Counted from the first letter of the stretch, positions 29,695-38,492 are shown. The stretch is DNA of 64,000 nucleotides from Candidatus Omnitrophota bacterium (GCA_015233675.1 JADFXH010000008.1:26003-90002); one strand, 5' to 3'. Program-made: numbers and translations. Notes: generated by a model not told the origin, from the letters alone.

Positions 29695-30949
29695 ATCGAA
29701 TCCTTTATAACAGGAATAGTAAAATAAAAGGTTGCGCCGCGGTCAGGATTATTCTCAGCTTCCAGATGGCCGCCATGGGCTTCCACGATGGAACGGCTGA
29801 TGGAAAGCCCCATACCCAAACCATCCGGCTTACTCGTAAAAAAATGAGTGAATATTTTTTTCATATTCTCCACTGGAATACCGCATCCTGAATCCTTGAT
29901 CTGGACCATAATCGTCTGAGTATCTTTAAGAAATGACTTGATCAATAAGTCCCTGGAATCAGGACTCTCCTCCATCGCCTCTAAACTATTGCTGATAAGG
30001 TTCAAGATCACTTGCTGTAGTTGTATGCGATCACCCTGAATTATCGGGAGATTAGTATCCAACTCAAAATGAACAACTATATTCTTTGAAGTTATATGTG
30101 TCATTATAAGTGAACCCGTATCTCTGATAACTTTATTTATATCAAGCGGCTCGAAAGCAGGCTTGTTCTTTTTTAACAGTGCCCGCAACCGCCGGATAAC
30201 CTCAGTAGCCCTCTGATCATCATTAATAATGCTCTGCATGATTTCTTGCAGTTGAGGCTCTCTATCGTTTAAAATACGCTGGCCCGCTTGAGCATAAGAA
30301 AGAATAGCCGTCAAAGGCTGGCTGATTTCATGCGCTAAAGAAGAAACAAATTCCGCGAGTTTCCCCACTCTCGTCACATGCAAGAGCTCTTCGCGCTGTT
30401 CGGCAATTTTTGAATCCCGCAACTTGAGCAATGTGATATCTGTTTTAATCCCGACATAATGAGTGACCACTCCTTTATTATCCAGTATCGGGGCTATCCT
30501 CAGCAAATTCCAAAAACCATCACCATTCTTTTTATGGTTTAGCAGCTCCTCATGAAAAGATTCCCCTTGGAGTAAGGCTTCTTTTATTTTTTCAGCGATT
30601 TTTAAATTGCAATTAAATTTATTATACAAAAAATAACTTTTACCAATGACCTCACTTCTTGTATAACTGTATAAAAGGACGGGTTTGCGTAGATAATAGG
30701 GAAATCAGGCTTGACGGCATCTATAATGAAAATACCATCCAATGAGGATTCCAAGGCCTTAGACTGAAGATATATTTGTTCTTGAGCTCGTGTTTCTCTA
30801 ACCGCCCCTAATTGTTCCCGGACAACTCCTTGCTTTAATTGCCACTTTTTGACATTTAAATCCACCGATTGCCGGTAAACTTTCTCTTCCAATTTCTTAC
30901 CGATTGTTTTCTTTAATGACGGCCTTTTAATTATTTTTTTATTACCCAT
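29691..30949 (-). pseudogene. PAS-domain sensor histidine kinase (FixL-like), frameshifted inside the PAS domain
   Basis: The upstream ORF (30602-30949) ends in PAS start ALESSLDGIFIIDAVKPDFPIIYANPSFYT. The downstream frame continues YTRSEVIGKSYFL...NGDGFWNLLRIAPILD...VGIKTDIT, then HisKA (SLAHEISQPL) and HATPase (DSGCGI, GMGLSI). The frame break lies at ~30655-30680, at a TATACA-GT-TATACA direct repeat. Confidence 0.8.
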
Positions 30950-30975
30950 AATTTTTTGTATTTAGAAATCTCTTT

Positions 30976-31338
30976 TTAATTTTTTGATGTTGCATTAATA
31001 AGGCCAACTAAGCTCTGGCCATTAACAGGTTTTTGTAAAAAACCCACCGCCCCAACATTAAAAGCGCGCAGGGCAGCGTCTTCTTGTTTCTCAGCAGAAA
31101 TAAAAATAACAGGGCGTTTCGAACCGGAGTCAAGGATCCTTTTCTGGGTTTCCCAACCGTCCATTCCTGGCATATGGATATCAAGGAGCAAAGAACCCTG
31201 CTCATCTTGAGCTACGTTTTCAAAGAAACTATGTGCTGAATTAAACGTTTTTACATCAAAACCAAAGGTCATTAAAAGGATTCTAAGCGCGCGGCATACC
31301 GATTCGTCATCATCGACAATAAAAATCTTAGTTGGCAT
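30976..31338 (-). CDS. stand-alone response-regulator receiver (CheY-like)
   Basis: MPTKIFIVDDDESV from the ATG at 31338, with GGAGAA upstream. Motifs LLLDIHMPGMDG and FLQKPV. The track start at 31386 looks like an over-extension. Confidence 0.85.
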   Translation of the reverse strand: MPTKIFIVDDDESVCRALRILLMTFGFDVKTFNSAHSFFENVAQDEQGSLLLDIHMPGMDGWETQKRILDSGSKRPVIFISAEKQEDAALRAFNVGAVGFLQKPVNGQSLVGLINATSKN

Positions 31339-31445
31339 TTTTCTCCTTACACTAATATTATGTATCAGTTTAAAAGCAAAGGACAATCAAAGAACTGGAT
31401 AAAAATTCATTTGTTATTATTATGCTATGAAGTACAAAGAAAGCA

Positions 31446-31463
31446 ATTATACCAAGGTATAAT
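31446..31463. promoter_or_regulatory. 18-bp palindromic motif, site d: ATTATACC AA GGTATAAT
   Basis: Perfect 8-2-8 palindrome, 108 nt upstream of the receiver-kinase-FixJ operon start (31338). Confidence 0.6.
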
Positions 31464-31550
31464 AAGCTTTTAACGCCTCCATCCAGGGTTATAATCCCTA
31501 TCTAAGTTTTCTTAATTTTATCATAATTTTTAACCCTGCTTAACAAATTT

Positions 31551-32576
31551 TTATGCCCCACATTTATAACAGACTTCGTTGGCGAGCCTCTGGTGCGCAA
31601 AAAAATCCCTGATATTATGCAGTGAAGTGACAGCGATGCTTTGCAGTGCTTCTTGAGTAAAAAAACCCTGATGAGAAGTAACCATGACATTATTAAAGGA
31701 CAACAGGCGGGCTAAAACATCATCCGTAATAACTTTATTCGAGAAATCCTCATAAAAATAATCACTTTCTTCTTCATAAACATCTAACCCCGCGAAACCG
31801 ACTTTCCCGGTTTTTAACCCCTCAATTAAAGCTTTCGAATCAATGAGCATCCCTCGTCCTGTGTTAATGATCATGATGCCGGATTTCATTTTAGCTATGG
31901 ATTTCTTATCGATCAGGTGATAACTGTCTTTTGTTAGGGGACAATGAAGTGAGATAATATCAGATTCACGATAGATGGTGTTAAGGTCCACATACTCAAA
32001 CCCGGCATTTTTTTGAAATTCCTTGTCTGGCAGAACATCATAAGCTAAAACCCTTATTTTAAAACCTTTTAAGATATTAATTGCAACCTTTCCTATTTTT
32101 CCGGTTCCAATAATACCAGCAGTCTTCCCATGCATGTCAAAACCCAACAACCCATTGAGCGTGAAATTATTATCACGGGTCCGGTAATAGGCGCGATGGA
32201 CTTTGCGATTCAAAACCAGCATCAGCCCAACGGCATGCTCGGCTACAGCATAGGGAGAGTATGCCGGAACCCGGACAACAGGTATTCTTTTAAAGGCCGC
32301 CTTCAAGTCAATATTATTATATCCGGCCGCGCGGACGGCGATAAGCACGACACCGTTGTGCTCAAGGATATCAATCACATCACGATTGACCACATCATTG
32401 ACAAAAACGCATACAACTTTAAATCCTTGAGTTAAAGGAGCTGTTTCAGGCGTAAGGTGCCCTTTAAAATATGTGATCTTAAAATTAAAATCCCTATTTG
32501 CGATGTCAAAAACATTGGTGTCATATGCTTTAGCATCAAAGAACGCAACCTTGATAACATCTGACTTAATATCCAT
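31551..32576 (-). CDS. ldhA: D-lactate / D-2-hydroxyacid dehydrogenase
   Basis: 341 aa. NAD motif GIIGTGKIGKVA and catalytic INTGRG...VTSHQGFFT, typical of the D-isomer-specific 2-hydroxyacid dehydrogenase family. Confidence 0.8.
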   Translation of the reverse strand: MDIKSDVIKVAFFDAKAYDTNVFDIANRDFNFKITYFKGHLTPETAPLTQGFKVVCVFVNDVVNRDVIDILEHNGVVLIAVRAAGYNNIDLKAAFKRIPVVRVPAYSPYAVAEHAVGLMLVLNRKVHRAYYRTRDNNFTLNGLLGFDMHGKTAGIIGTGKIGKVAINILKGFKIRVLAYDVLPDKEFQKNAGFEYVDLNTIYRESDIISLHCPLTKDSYHLIDKKSIAKMKSGIMIINTGRGMLIDSKALIEGLKTGKVGFAGLDVYEEESDYFYEDFSNKVITDDVLARLLSFNNVMVTSHQGFFTQEALQSIAVTSLHNIRDFFAHQRLANEVCYKCGA

Positions 32577-32852
32577 ATTGAGCTGTCCTTCACAGCTGTC
32601 TGAATGTTTAATCTATCGTCATGCTGAGCAAAGCGAAATTAGTCCTTTCAGCTCTTCTTTTTTTTCTTTAACCGCTTCATTCAAGAATTCAAAGGCTTCA
32701 CTAATCTTTGCATTCCTCGTTCTACCTTGATTTTCTGTTGTCATATGATCTTCTCCTTTAAATTACGTCATGGTGTTTAGTCATCCCCTCCCTTTTTTTA
32801 TCACTACGTTTACTTTCGTTAACTGCATAGAAGCATATTAAGATCTCCCCAC

Positions 32853-34343
32853 TCATAAACGGCCGGAGGACTGCGTAATGCTTCTAAGCTTTAAAGTGAG
32901 TTCCTTTGACAATGCCCCATCCTTAAGACGCCATCGCCAGTTTCCTTTAACAGTTCCGGGAAAATTCATTCGTTCCCCGGAGCCCAAGCCCAGAAGGTCT
33001 TGCGCGGGAATGATGACCGTATTGGCTTCAGATGCAAAGGCCTCACGGATCATCGCCCATACAATCCCCTGACTGTTTACACCCAACTTTCTTTGCAAGG
33101 CATCGCGTTGCGAACTTGGCAAATGCTGATACCAACCTTCCGTTGTGTCATTATCATGAGTTGCGGTATAAACCACTGAATTCACTAAATGCTGTTTAGA
33201 AGTAACAAAATTAGTTTCAAGGTCTGATCCAAACTGGAACTGAAGAACCTGTGTTCCCGGGATCTGAAACTGGTCCATTAAAGCAACTACTTCGGGCGTT
33301 CTGACACCGAGATCATCGGCTATCAAAAGTATAGGCCCAAGGTCTTTGTAGACGGCTTCAAAAAAAGAAGCTCCGGGGCCAGGTTGATACTGCCCATTAA
33401 CGGCCGTCTTAGCTTGTACAGGTATTTCATAAAAATGGTCAAAACCTATAAAATGATCCAGCCGATTAAAATCGAAGCGTCCAAAGGCCATACGCAGGCG
33501 TTGGATCCACCAGCTATAGTTCTGACGGCCAAGTGCCTCCCAGCGATATACGGGAGCCCCCCATACCTGACCTGTTTTAGAAAAATAATCAGGAGGAACT
33601 CCCGCAACCACTGTAGGTTTTCCATCGGCATCTAGCTTGAAGAGCCCTGGATGAGCCCAGACATCAGCGCTTTGATGCGACACGAAATGAGGGACATCTC
33701 CAATCAACTTAACTGCTTTGCTTGTACAATAATCCTTTAATCCTTTAAACTGCACTGAGAACTGCCATTGGACAAACTTATGGTAACGCATGTCATCGGC
33801 AAAATATTTTTGTGCGCGAATGATTACCTCAGGCCTACGTGCTCGCAGTTCTTGGTCCCATTGTGTCCAATCTGAAGTGCCTTCTTTCTCCTGGATTGCT
33901 AAAAACAATGAAAAATCCTCTAGCCAATAAGCCTCCTCGCGCATAAAGTTGTCCAGCCTAGATTCCCTGTCTACATTTTTGTTCTTTTCAAAATTTTCAA
34001 ATGCTTTTCTTAACAGCCTGAGTCTAAAGCCTTGTGCCGCTAAATAATTAACCTGTCCATTGCTGGAAGGAACATAGAACTCAATATCTGATTTGTCTAG
34101 AAACCCTTGCTCTACCAAACGATCAGGACTGACCAAAAGCGGATTACCCCCAAAAGCAGACATTGACTGGTAAGGCGAATCATCTTGTCCTGTGGGGCCG
34201 ATGGGCAGCATCTGCCACCAACGCTGTCCACTCTCATACAAAAAATCCACAAACTCGATCGCTCCTCGTCCAAGATCCCCTATGGAGTAAGGATTAGAAA
34301 CAGATGTTAAATGAAGAAGTATCCCGGAGGCTCGTTGATTCAT
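32853..34343 (-). CDS. malQ: 4-alpha-glucanotransferase (amylomaltase, GH77)
   Basis: 496 aa. Motifs RASGILLHLTS, LIGDVPHFV, RLDHFIGF, IADDLG and YTATHDNDT. Confidence 0.92.
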   Translation of the reverse strand: MNQRASGILLHLTSVSNPYSIGDLGRGAIEFVDFLYESGQRWWQMLPIGPTGQDDSPYQSMSAFGGNPLLVSPDRLVEQGFLDKSDIEFYVPSSNGQVNYLAAQGFRLRLLRKAFENFEKNKNVDRESRLDNFMREEAYWLEDFSLFLAIQEKEGTSDWTQWDQELRARRPEVIIRAQKYFADDMRYHKFVQWQFSVQFKGLKDYCTSKAVKLIGDVPHFVSHQSADVWAHPGLFKLDADGKPTVVAGVPPDYFSKTGQVWGAPVYRWEALGRQNYSWWIQRLRMAFGRFDFNRLDHFIGFDHFYEIPVQAKTAVNGQYQPGPGASFFEAVYKDLGPILLIADDLGVRTPEVVALMDQFQIPGTQVLQFQFGSDLETNFVTSKQHLVNSVVYTATHDNDTTEGWYQHLPSSQRDALQRKLGVNSQGIVWAMIREAFASEANTVIIPAQDLLGLGSGERMNFPGTVKGNWRWRLKDGALSKELTLKLRSITQSSGRL

Positions 34344-34380
34344 GCTAAAGATCCTCTGAGGAATTCAATGTAAAATCACC

Positions 34381-34569
34381 TCACCTAATATGTACAGTGT
34401 TGATGTCACCTAATATGCCAAATGACTGCAATAACCAAACGCAGACAACAATTAGCACGAGAACATTCAAAACTTGCTTAATTTTACCATCCATAGGTAT
34501 GTAGGTATTAACCAGCCATAGGATCACACCAACTACAACTAAAGTCACAACAATAGAAAGTAATGACAT
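34381..34569 (-). CDS. small two-helix membrane protein (Thivi_2564-like family)
   Basis: 62 aa. MSLLSIVVTLVVVGVILWLVNTYIPMDGKIKQVLN... matches my memory of this small-protein family. GGAGGG lies upstream. Confidence 0.55.
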   Translation of the reverse strand: MSLLSIVVTLVVVGVILWLVNTYIPMDGKIKQVLNVLVLIVVCVWLLQSFGILGDINTVHIR

Positions 34570-34690
34570 TTTCCTACCCTCCTTTCCTATTCTTATTGCA
34601 TCTCAAAGGCCCCTGCCTTTCGGTTTCCATCACTTACACTGGTATACGGCCAGTGTCTTTTTCCCGTTGACAGAGCCCCTGGAAAACTAC

Positions 34691-34954
34691 CTATACGTGC
34701 CTTACAACAAAGCGCGTCAGGCCTACAAAGACCACCGCACCAAGAATCGCCAACAGGAACATACCAAGCGAACTTCCGACAGATAGTCCAAGCGCACTGG
34801 CTATCCACCCGCCAAGCATAGCTCCAACTATACCGATGACTATGTCTGCAGGAATCCCATATCCCCTGCCTCTGGTGATAAGCCCTGCTACCCACCCGAT
34901 CACACCGCCAATAAAAAGAAACCATATCCAATACCCCACTGTATTATGTTCCAT
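34691..34954 (-). CDS. GlsB/YeaQ/YmgE-family stress-response membrane protein
   Basis: 87 aa. Motifs GWVAGLITRGRGYGIPADIVIGIVGAMLGGWI, the transglycosylase-associated-protein family pattern. Confidence 0.85.
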   Translation of the reverse strand: MEHNTVGYWIWFLFIGGVIGWVAGLITRGRGYGIPADIVIGIVGAMLGGWIASALGLSVGSSLGMFLLAILGAVVFVGLTRFVVRHV

Positions 34955-35077
34955 AATCCTTCCCTCCCTTTTAATATTACCCTTATTGCTTTTGTTTAAA
35001 ACTCACTGCACTCAAACAACTACTTATGTTTCATCTGGCTTGATATTTATAGTATGGGATTGTGTAAAATATAATCA

Positions 35078-35095
35078 ATTGTACCGAGGTATAAT
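35078..35095. promoter_or_regulatory. 18-bp palindromic motif, site b: ATTGTACC GA GGTATAAT
   Basis: 124 nt upstream of the YeaQ/GlsB-family gene start (34954). Shares the flanking TCA with sites a and c. Confidence 0.55.
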
Positions 35096-35177
35096 GACAG
35101 TAACTACAGCCAAAAGAGTATCGCTCACCAAAACCGGAGTATAATGCTCATCACTAAAATTTCCCAGCAAACCAGAC

Positions 35178-35834
35178 TTAGACTGCTTGTCCCAAGCTCT
35201 TCCCCAGAATATAAAATGGAAGGATTTTCCCTGTCTGGTATCTCAAATAAGATCTTTTTGATTCATATAATAATTTAAAACCCAATTTCGAAAAAAAAGC
35301 TTTTGCCTCATTAGATATAGTCCCAAAGTAAACCCCACTTATTCCCTGTTCTTTAAGGTAATTCATATAATGGCCAATAAGGCTTTTGCCTATTTGGCAG
35401 CCTCGATAGTCTTTATCAACATTTATATGCAGCATGGCGGGATATTGCGCTGAAAAATGAGGAGCGTTAAACTCCCCTTTTAATGCGCTCATACTGATAT
35501 AAAAAAATAACCGCCATGTTTTCACCTTAATAAAAAGATGCTTGCAAAATGCTTTCTTAATAAATTTTAGCAATATTTGTTTAAAAAAAACTTTCTCCAT
35601 CCGATTAGCATCCTTTGTGCCGATGACATAACCGACAACTCTATCCCGATTAACGGCAACAAAACAGGATTCCGGCTCATAATCTGTATAATAAAGCGTT
35701 AACGCATCACTTAAAATCTCATCATCTTCTATAAAAAGTCCGCGGTCTTCTTCTAAAAAGGAAGTTTCACAACTTATCCTGCGGACTTCACTCCTGTCTT
35801 TTAAATCAAATTTTCTGATTTGTATTTCAGGCAT
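35178..35834 (-). CDS. GNAT-family N-acetyltransferase
   Basis: 218 aa. Has an acetyl-CoA-binding-like segment YRGCQIGKSLIGHYMNYLKEQG and a GNAT-type beta-alpha layout. Confidence 0.7.
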   Translation of the reverse strand: MPEIQIRKFDLKDRSEVRRISCETSFLEEDRGLFIEDDEILSDALTLYYTDYEPESCFVAVNRDRVVGYVIGTKDANRMEKVFFKQILLKFIKKAFCKHLFIKVKTWRLFFYISMSALKGEFNAPHFSAQYPAMLHINVDKDYRGCQIGKSLIGHYMNYLKEQGISGVYFGTISNEAKAFFSKLGFKLLYESKRSYLRYQTGKILPFYILGKSLGQAV

Positions 35835-36569
35835 TTATTTTATTTCTTTAGGTTGTGGCTTTTCTAAAAAGTGTCCTGTCATGACCAACATGTAATTAAA
35901 AACCCCAAGACCTTTAATTTTGACCGGTAAACGCAAATTATCTTTACTTATCCAAACCTCAAATTTATCAGGGATACTTGTAAAATGATATGTCATAAAC
36001 TTTCCTGCCGGAACTTTTACTTCATCGAATGATTCCAAACGGATTATAAATTCTTCAGGGAGCCGGGCTTTTATTTCCCATCCTATATTAGGATTGTGGA
36101 TGGTTCGAAGATAGAAAGGCAAAAGGATGGCATTCTGTATAGAGCCATCCTCCTTAAACACATACTGCTTTACCATTTTCTTGCTCTTAAATTTACTAAT
36201 TGAAAGCTCAAAATTCTTTTGATCATACCACTCAACAAGAAACTCCTTGTCTAACCACCATAAAACGTCCCTTTCTACTTTTATAGGTAGACGACTTTGC
36301 TCATCAATATAAATCTTTTCCGTATCATCGAAACCCATTGCTTGTGTCCTAAAAGTGACACAACCAAATCTTTGTCCATCAAGATCAACCTCCCCCAAAT
36401 CATTATATTCGGCCCTACCCATAGGTGCTATGCCATAAACTATTCTTTCTCCCTTGTATGTATTCGCCAAGATGTTTTGATCGGGCAATAAAAAAAACAA
36501 ACGCATTGTGAAGACTATCAATAAAACGCTTTGCAATCTTCTTTCTTCTTTGCCTACTCTATTTTTCAC
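35835..36569 (-). CDS. exported hypothetical protein (possibly DUF3108-like)
   Basis: 244 aa with an N-terminal hydrophobic signal-like segment and beta-rich sequence. Abuts the GNAT gene with no gap. Confidence 0.5.
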   Translation of the reverse strand: MKNRVGKEERRLQSVLLIVFTMRLFFLLPDQNILANTYKGERIVYGIAPMGRAEYNDLGEVDLDGQRFGCVTFRTQAMGFDDTEKIYIDEQSRLPIKVERDVLWWLDKEFLVEWYDQKNFELSISKFKSKKMVKQYVFKEDGSIQNAILLPFYLRTIHNPNIGWEIKARLPEEFIIRLESFDEVKVPAGKFMTYHFTSIPDKFEVWISKDNLRLPVKIKGLGVFNYMLVMTGHFLEKPQPKEIK

Positions 36570-36597
36570 CTTCCCTGTCCTTTAGGAGGAAAACTTA

Positions 36598-36822
36598 TTA
36601 ATTTTTCGATTTGCCAATAAGTAAGCCCAACAAAAGACAGCTGATGCCGACCCCCGCTACAATCGGCCAAGGGTTATCATGCGCCTTTTTGTCGATATCG
36701 GAAGCCATTTTCGTTACCTGTTCATACCCTTGTTGTATCCTTTTCTCTGCATCATAAATGGCATTCTTTAATTTAAATTCACCATCCTCAATACTTGTTA
36801 TCATTTTTTCTTGTTCATCCAT
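36598..36822 (-). CDS. ElaB/YqjD/DUF883-family tail-anchored stress protein
   Basis: The C-terminus HDNPWPIVAGVGISCLLLGLLIGKS is the family signature. The real start is the ATG at 36822 (MDEQEK), 6 nt after AAGGAAGGAG. The track start at 36861 is a GTG inside the tandem repeat. Confidence 0.78.
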   Translation of the reverse strand: MDEQEKMITSIEDGEFKLKNAIYDAEKRIQQGYEQVTKMASDIDKKAHDNPWPIVAGVGISCLLLGLLIGKSKN

Positions 36823-36830
36823 ATATCGCT

Positions 36831-36961
36831 CCTTCCTTATAGTTCCATTAAACTTTTCCACTAATTAGGTCGGGCCAACGCCCTTCCTTGTAGTTCCATT
36901 AAACTTTTCCACTGATTAGGTCGGGCCAACGCCCTTCCTTATAATTCCATTAAGTTTTTCC
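36831..36961. repeat. 51-bp tandem repeat, 2 full units plus a 29-bp partial unit
   Basis: Units at 36911-36961 and 36860-36910, and a partial unit at 36831-36859. Minus-strand unit: GGAAAAGTTTAATGGAACTAYAAGGAAGGGCGTTGGCCCGACCTAATYAGT. There are 2-5 mismatches between copies. Confidence 0.95.
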
Positions 36962-36964
36962 GTT

Positions 36965-38203
36965 TCATATTCTTCGATATCCTTTTGGAATACCATATTT
37001 TGAGAAAACAATCTGCCAGAGTTGCAGTCTTCTGGCTCGAAACAATCCCGCACATGACAGCAGGTAGTATCGCCACATTCGATAAAACTTATCACCGTAA
37101 CGGGAGCGAAGACTATACCAATTAGTATTAAAATTTTTAAACCAAACCATAAGGGTTTGATCGTAATAGGCGCTAAAATTCTGCCAATCTTCCATCACTA
37201 AAAGCCCTTCGTAACTTTGGCCAATCTGTTCAATGGATGGTATCAAAGCGTTAGGAAAAATATATTTATTAAGCCATAGATCGTAAGATGTTGTCGATTT
37301 ATTACTACCGATAGTTTGGAGCAAAAAGAGTCCATCATCTTTTAAAGAGCGTGCCACCATCTGCATATAAGTCCGATAGTTCTTATAGCCGACATGCTCA
37401 AACATTCCCAGAGAAACAATCCGGTCAAATGTACCGGAAAAATCACGATAATCTTTTAATTGAATGTCAATAGGAAGGCCTCGGCAGGTTTCTTGCGCTA
37501 ACTCAACTTGCTTGTGAGATATCGTAATTCCTGTGACTTTCACACCGTACTGTTGGGCTGCGTATTTGGCAAAACTACCCCATCCGCATCCGATATCGAG
37601 CACGTGCATCCCTGGCCGTAATTGTAACTTACGACAAACCAGATCAAGCTTGAATTCCTGCGCTTCATCCAGGTCCCGTGCATTTTCCCAATAAGCACAG
37701 GTATAAACCATGCGCTTGTCTAACATACTTCGGTAAAGATCATTACCAATATCATAATGCCGCTCACCTACCATAAAGGCCTCTGACAGCCTTTGATGGT
37801 TTAAAATCTTTGATTTTAAATCAGAAATAAACAAAGAAAAAAGTATAGAGAAAGGGAAAATGAGCCTAAATCTACCCTCCTGCTCAGCACGGATTACTCT
37901 AAAAAACGCCTCATCCAGATTTTCACAATCCCACCAGCCATCCATGTATGCTTCTCCGAGACCCAACGAACCTTGCGAAATGACACGTTGATAAACCCCT
38001 TCATGACGGACCTGAACATCCCATGGACGCTCACCATTTATTCTAATATCTACAGCATTAAATATTCGCTCAACCAATCCTTTAAGAGAATTAAGAGAAC
38101 GGCAATATTGGGATATATCGATGATGTTCGGGTTTTTATAAGTTCGTTGCTCTCTAAGAGAATTTTTCATCCTTTTTGCCCTTTCTCCAGAAGAATTATT
38201 CAT
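36965..38203 (-). CDS. cfa: cyclopropane-fatty-acyl-phospholipid synthase
   Basis: 412 aa. SAM motif VLDIGCGWGSFAKYAA plus HYDIGNDLY and FEHVGYKNY, typical of Cfa/mycolic acid cyclopropane synthases. Confidence 0.9.
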   Translation of the reverse strand: MNNSSGERAKRMKNSLREQRTYKNPNIIDISQYCRSLNSLKGLVERIFNAVDIRINGERPWDVQVRHEGVYQRVISQGSLGLGEAYMDGWWDCENLDEAFFRVIRAEQEGRFRLIFPFSILFSLFISDLKSKILNHQRLSEAFMVGERHYDIGNDLYRSMLDKRMVYTCAYWENARDLDEAQEFKLDLVCRKLQLRPGMHVLDIGCGWGSFAKYAAQQYGVKVTGITISHKQVELAQETCRGLPIDIQLKDYRDFSGTFDRIVSLGMFEHVGYKNYRTYMQMVARSLKDDGLFLLQTIGSNKSTTSYDLWLNKYIFPNALIPSIEQIGQSYEGLLVMEDWQNFSAYYDQTLMVWFKNFNTNWYSLRSRYGDKFYRMWRYYLLSCAGLFRARRLQLWQIVFSKYGIPKGYRRI

Positions 38204-38492
38204 CTAAATTTCATGAAGGTTTCCTCAAAAACACAATAATTTCCTAAAAATAATTTATACATAATTTTATTTTCCACCATTGGCTAATGTTATATTTTAT
38301 TGACTTTTTTCTGCTTTTTAAGGGAGTATTCAGACCGGAATAGAGGCACAGCACCGCTGGATTAAACCTGCAAGGCGACTCATTTTATTTGTAGACGTTT
38401 TTTGGCAAAAATACGAATTTAAAACTAATTGTAAACTTAGCGACAATTTGGTATATTAATTTAATAATCAACTAACAAGGGGGGGGACATAT

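Noticed and set aside
31008-31690. Nested minus-strand ORFs 31008-31205 and 31502-31690.
   Set aside because: They are alternative-frame ORFs inside or overlapping the receiver gene and the ldhA 3' end, with no features of their own.
34570-34690. 121-nt structured-looking leader between the YeaQ-like gene and the small membrane protein gene. It has hairpins CACTGG-N7-CCAGTG and AAAGGC-AGGG-GCCTTT, and a repeated CAGGGGC. I considered it as a riboswitch.
   Set aside because: It does not match any riboswitch consensus I can recall (c-di-GMP, fluoride, guanidine, etc.). The hairpins are short and may simply be a weak terminator plus RBS context.
34593-34931. 112-aa minus-strand ORF overlapping the YeaQ/GlsB-like gene in another frame.
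   Set aside because: The 87-aa frame carries the family signature. The 112-aa frame is Cys/Trp/Arg-rich with no features and spans the intergenic leader.
36831-36961. Possible CRISPR array.
   Set aside because: The units are directly abutting 51-bp tandem copies with no unique spacers, there are only 2.6 units, and no cas genes are nearby.
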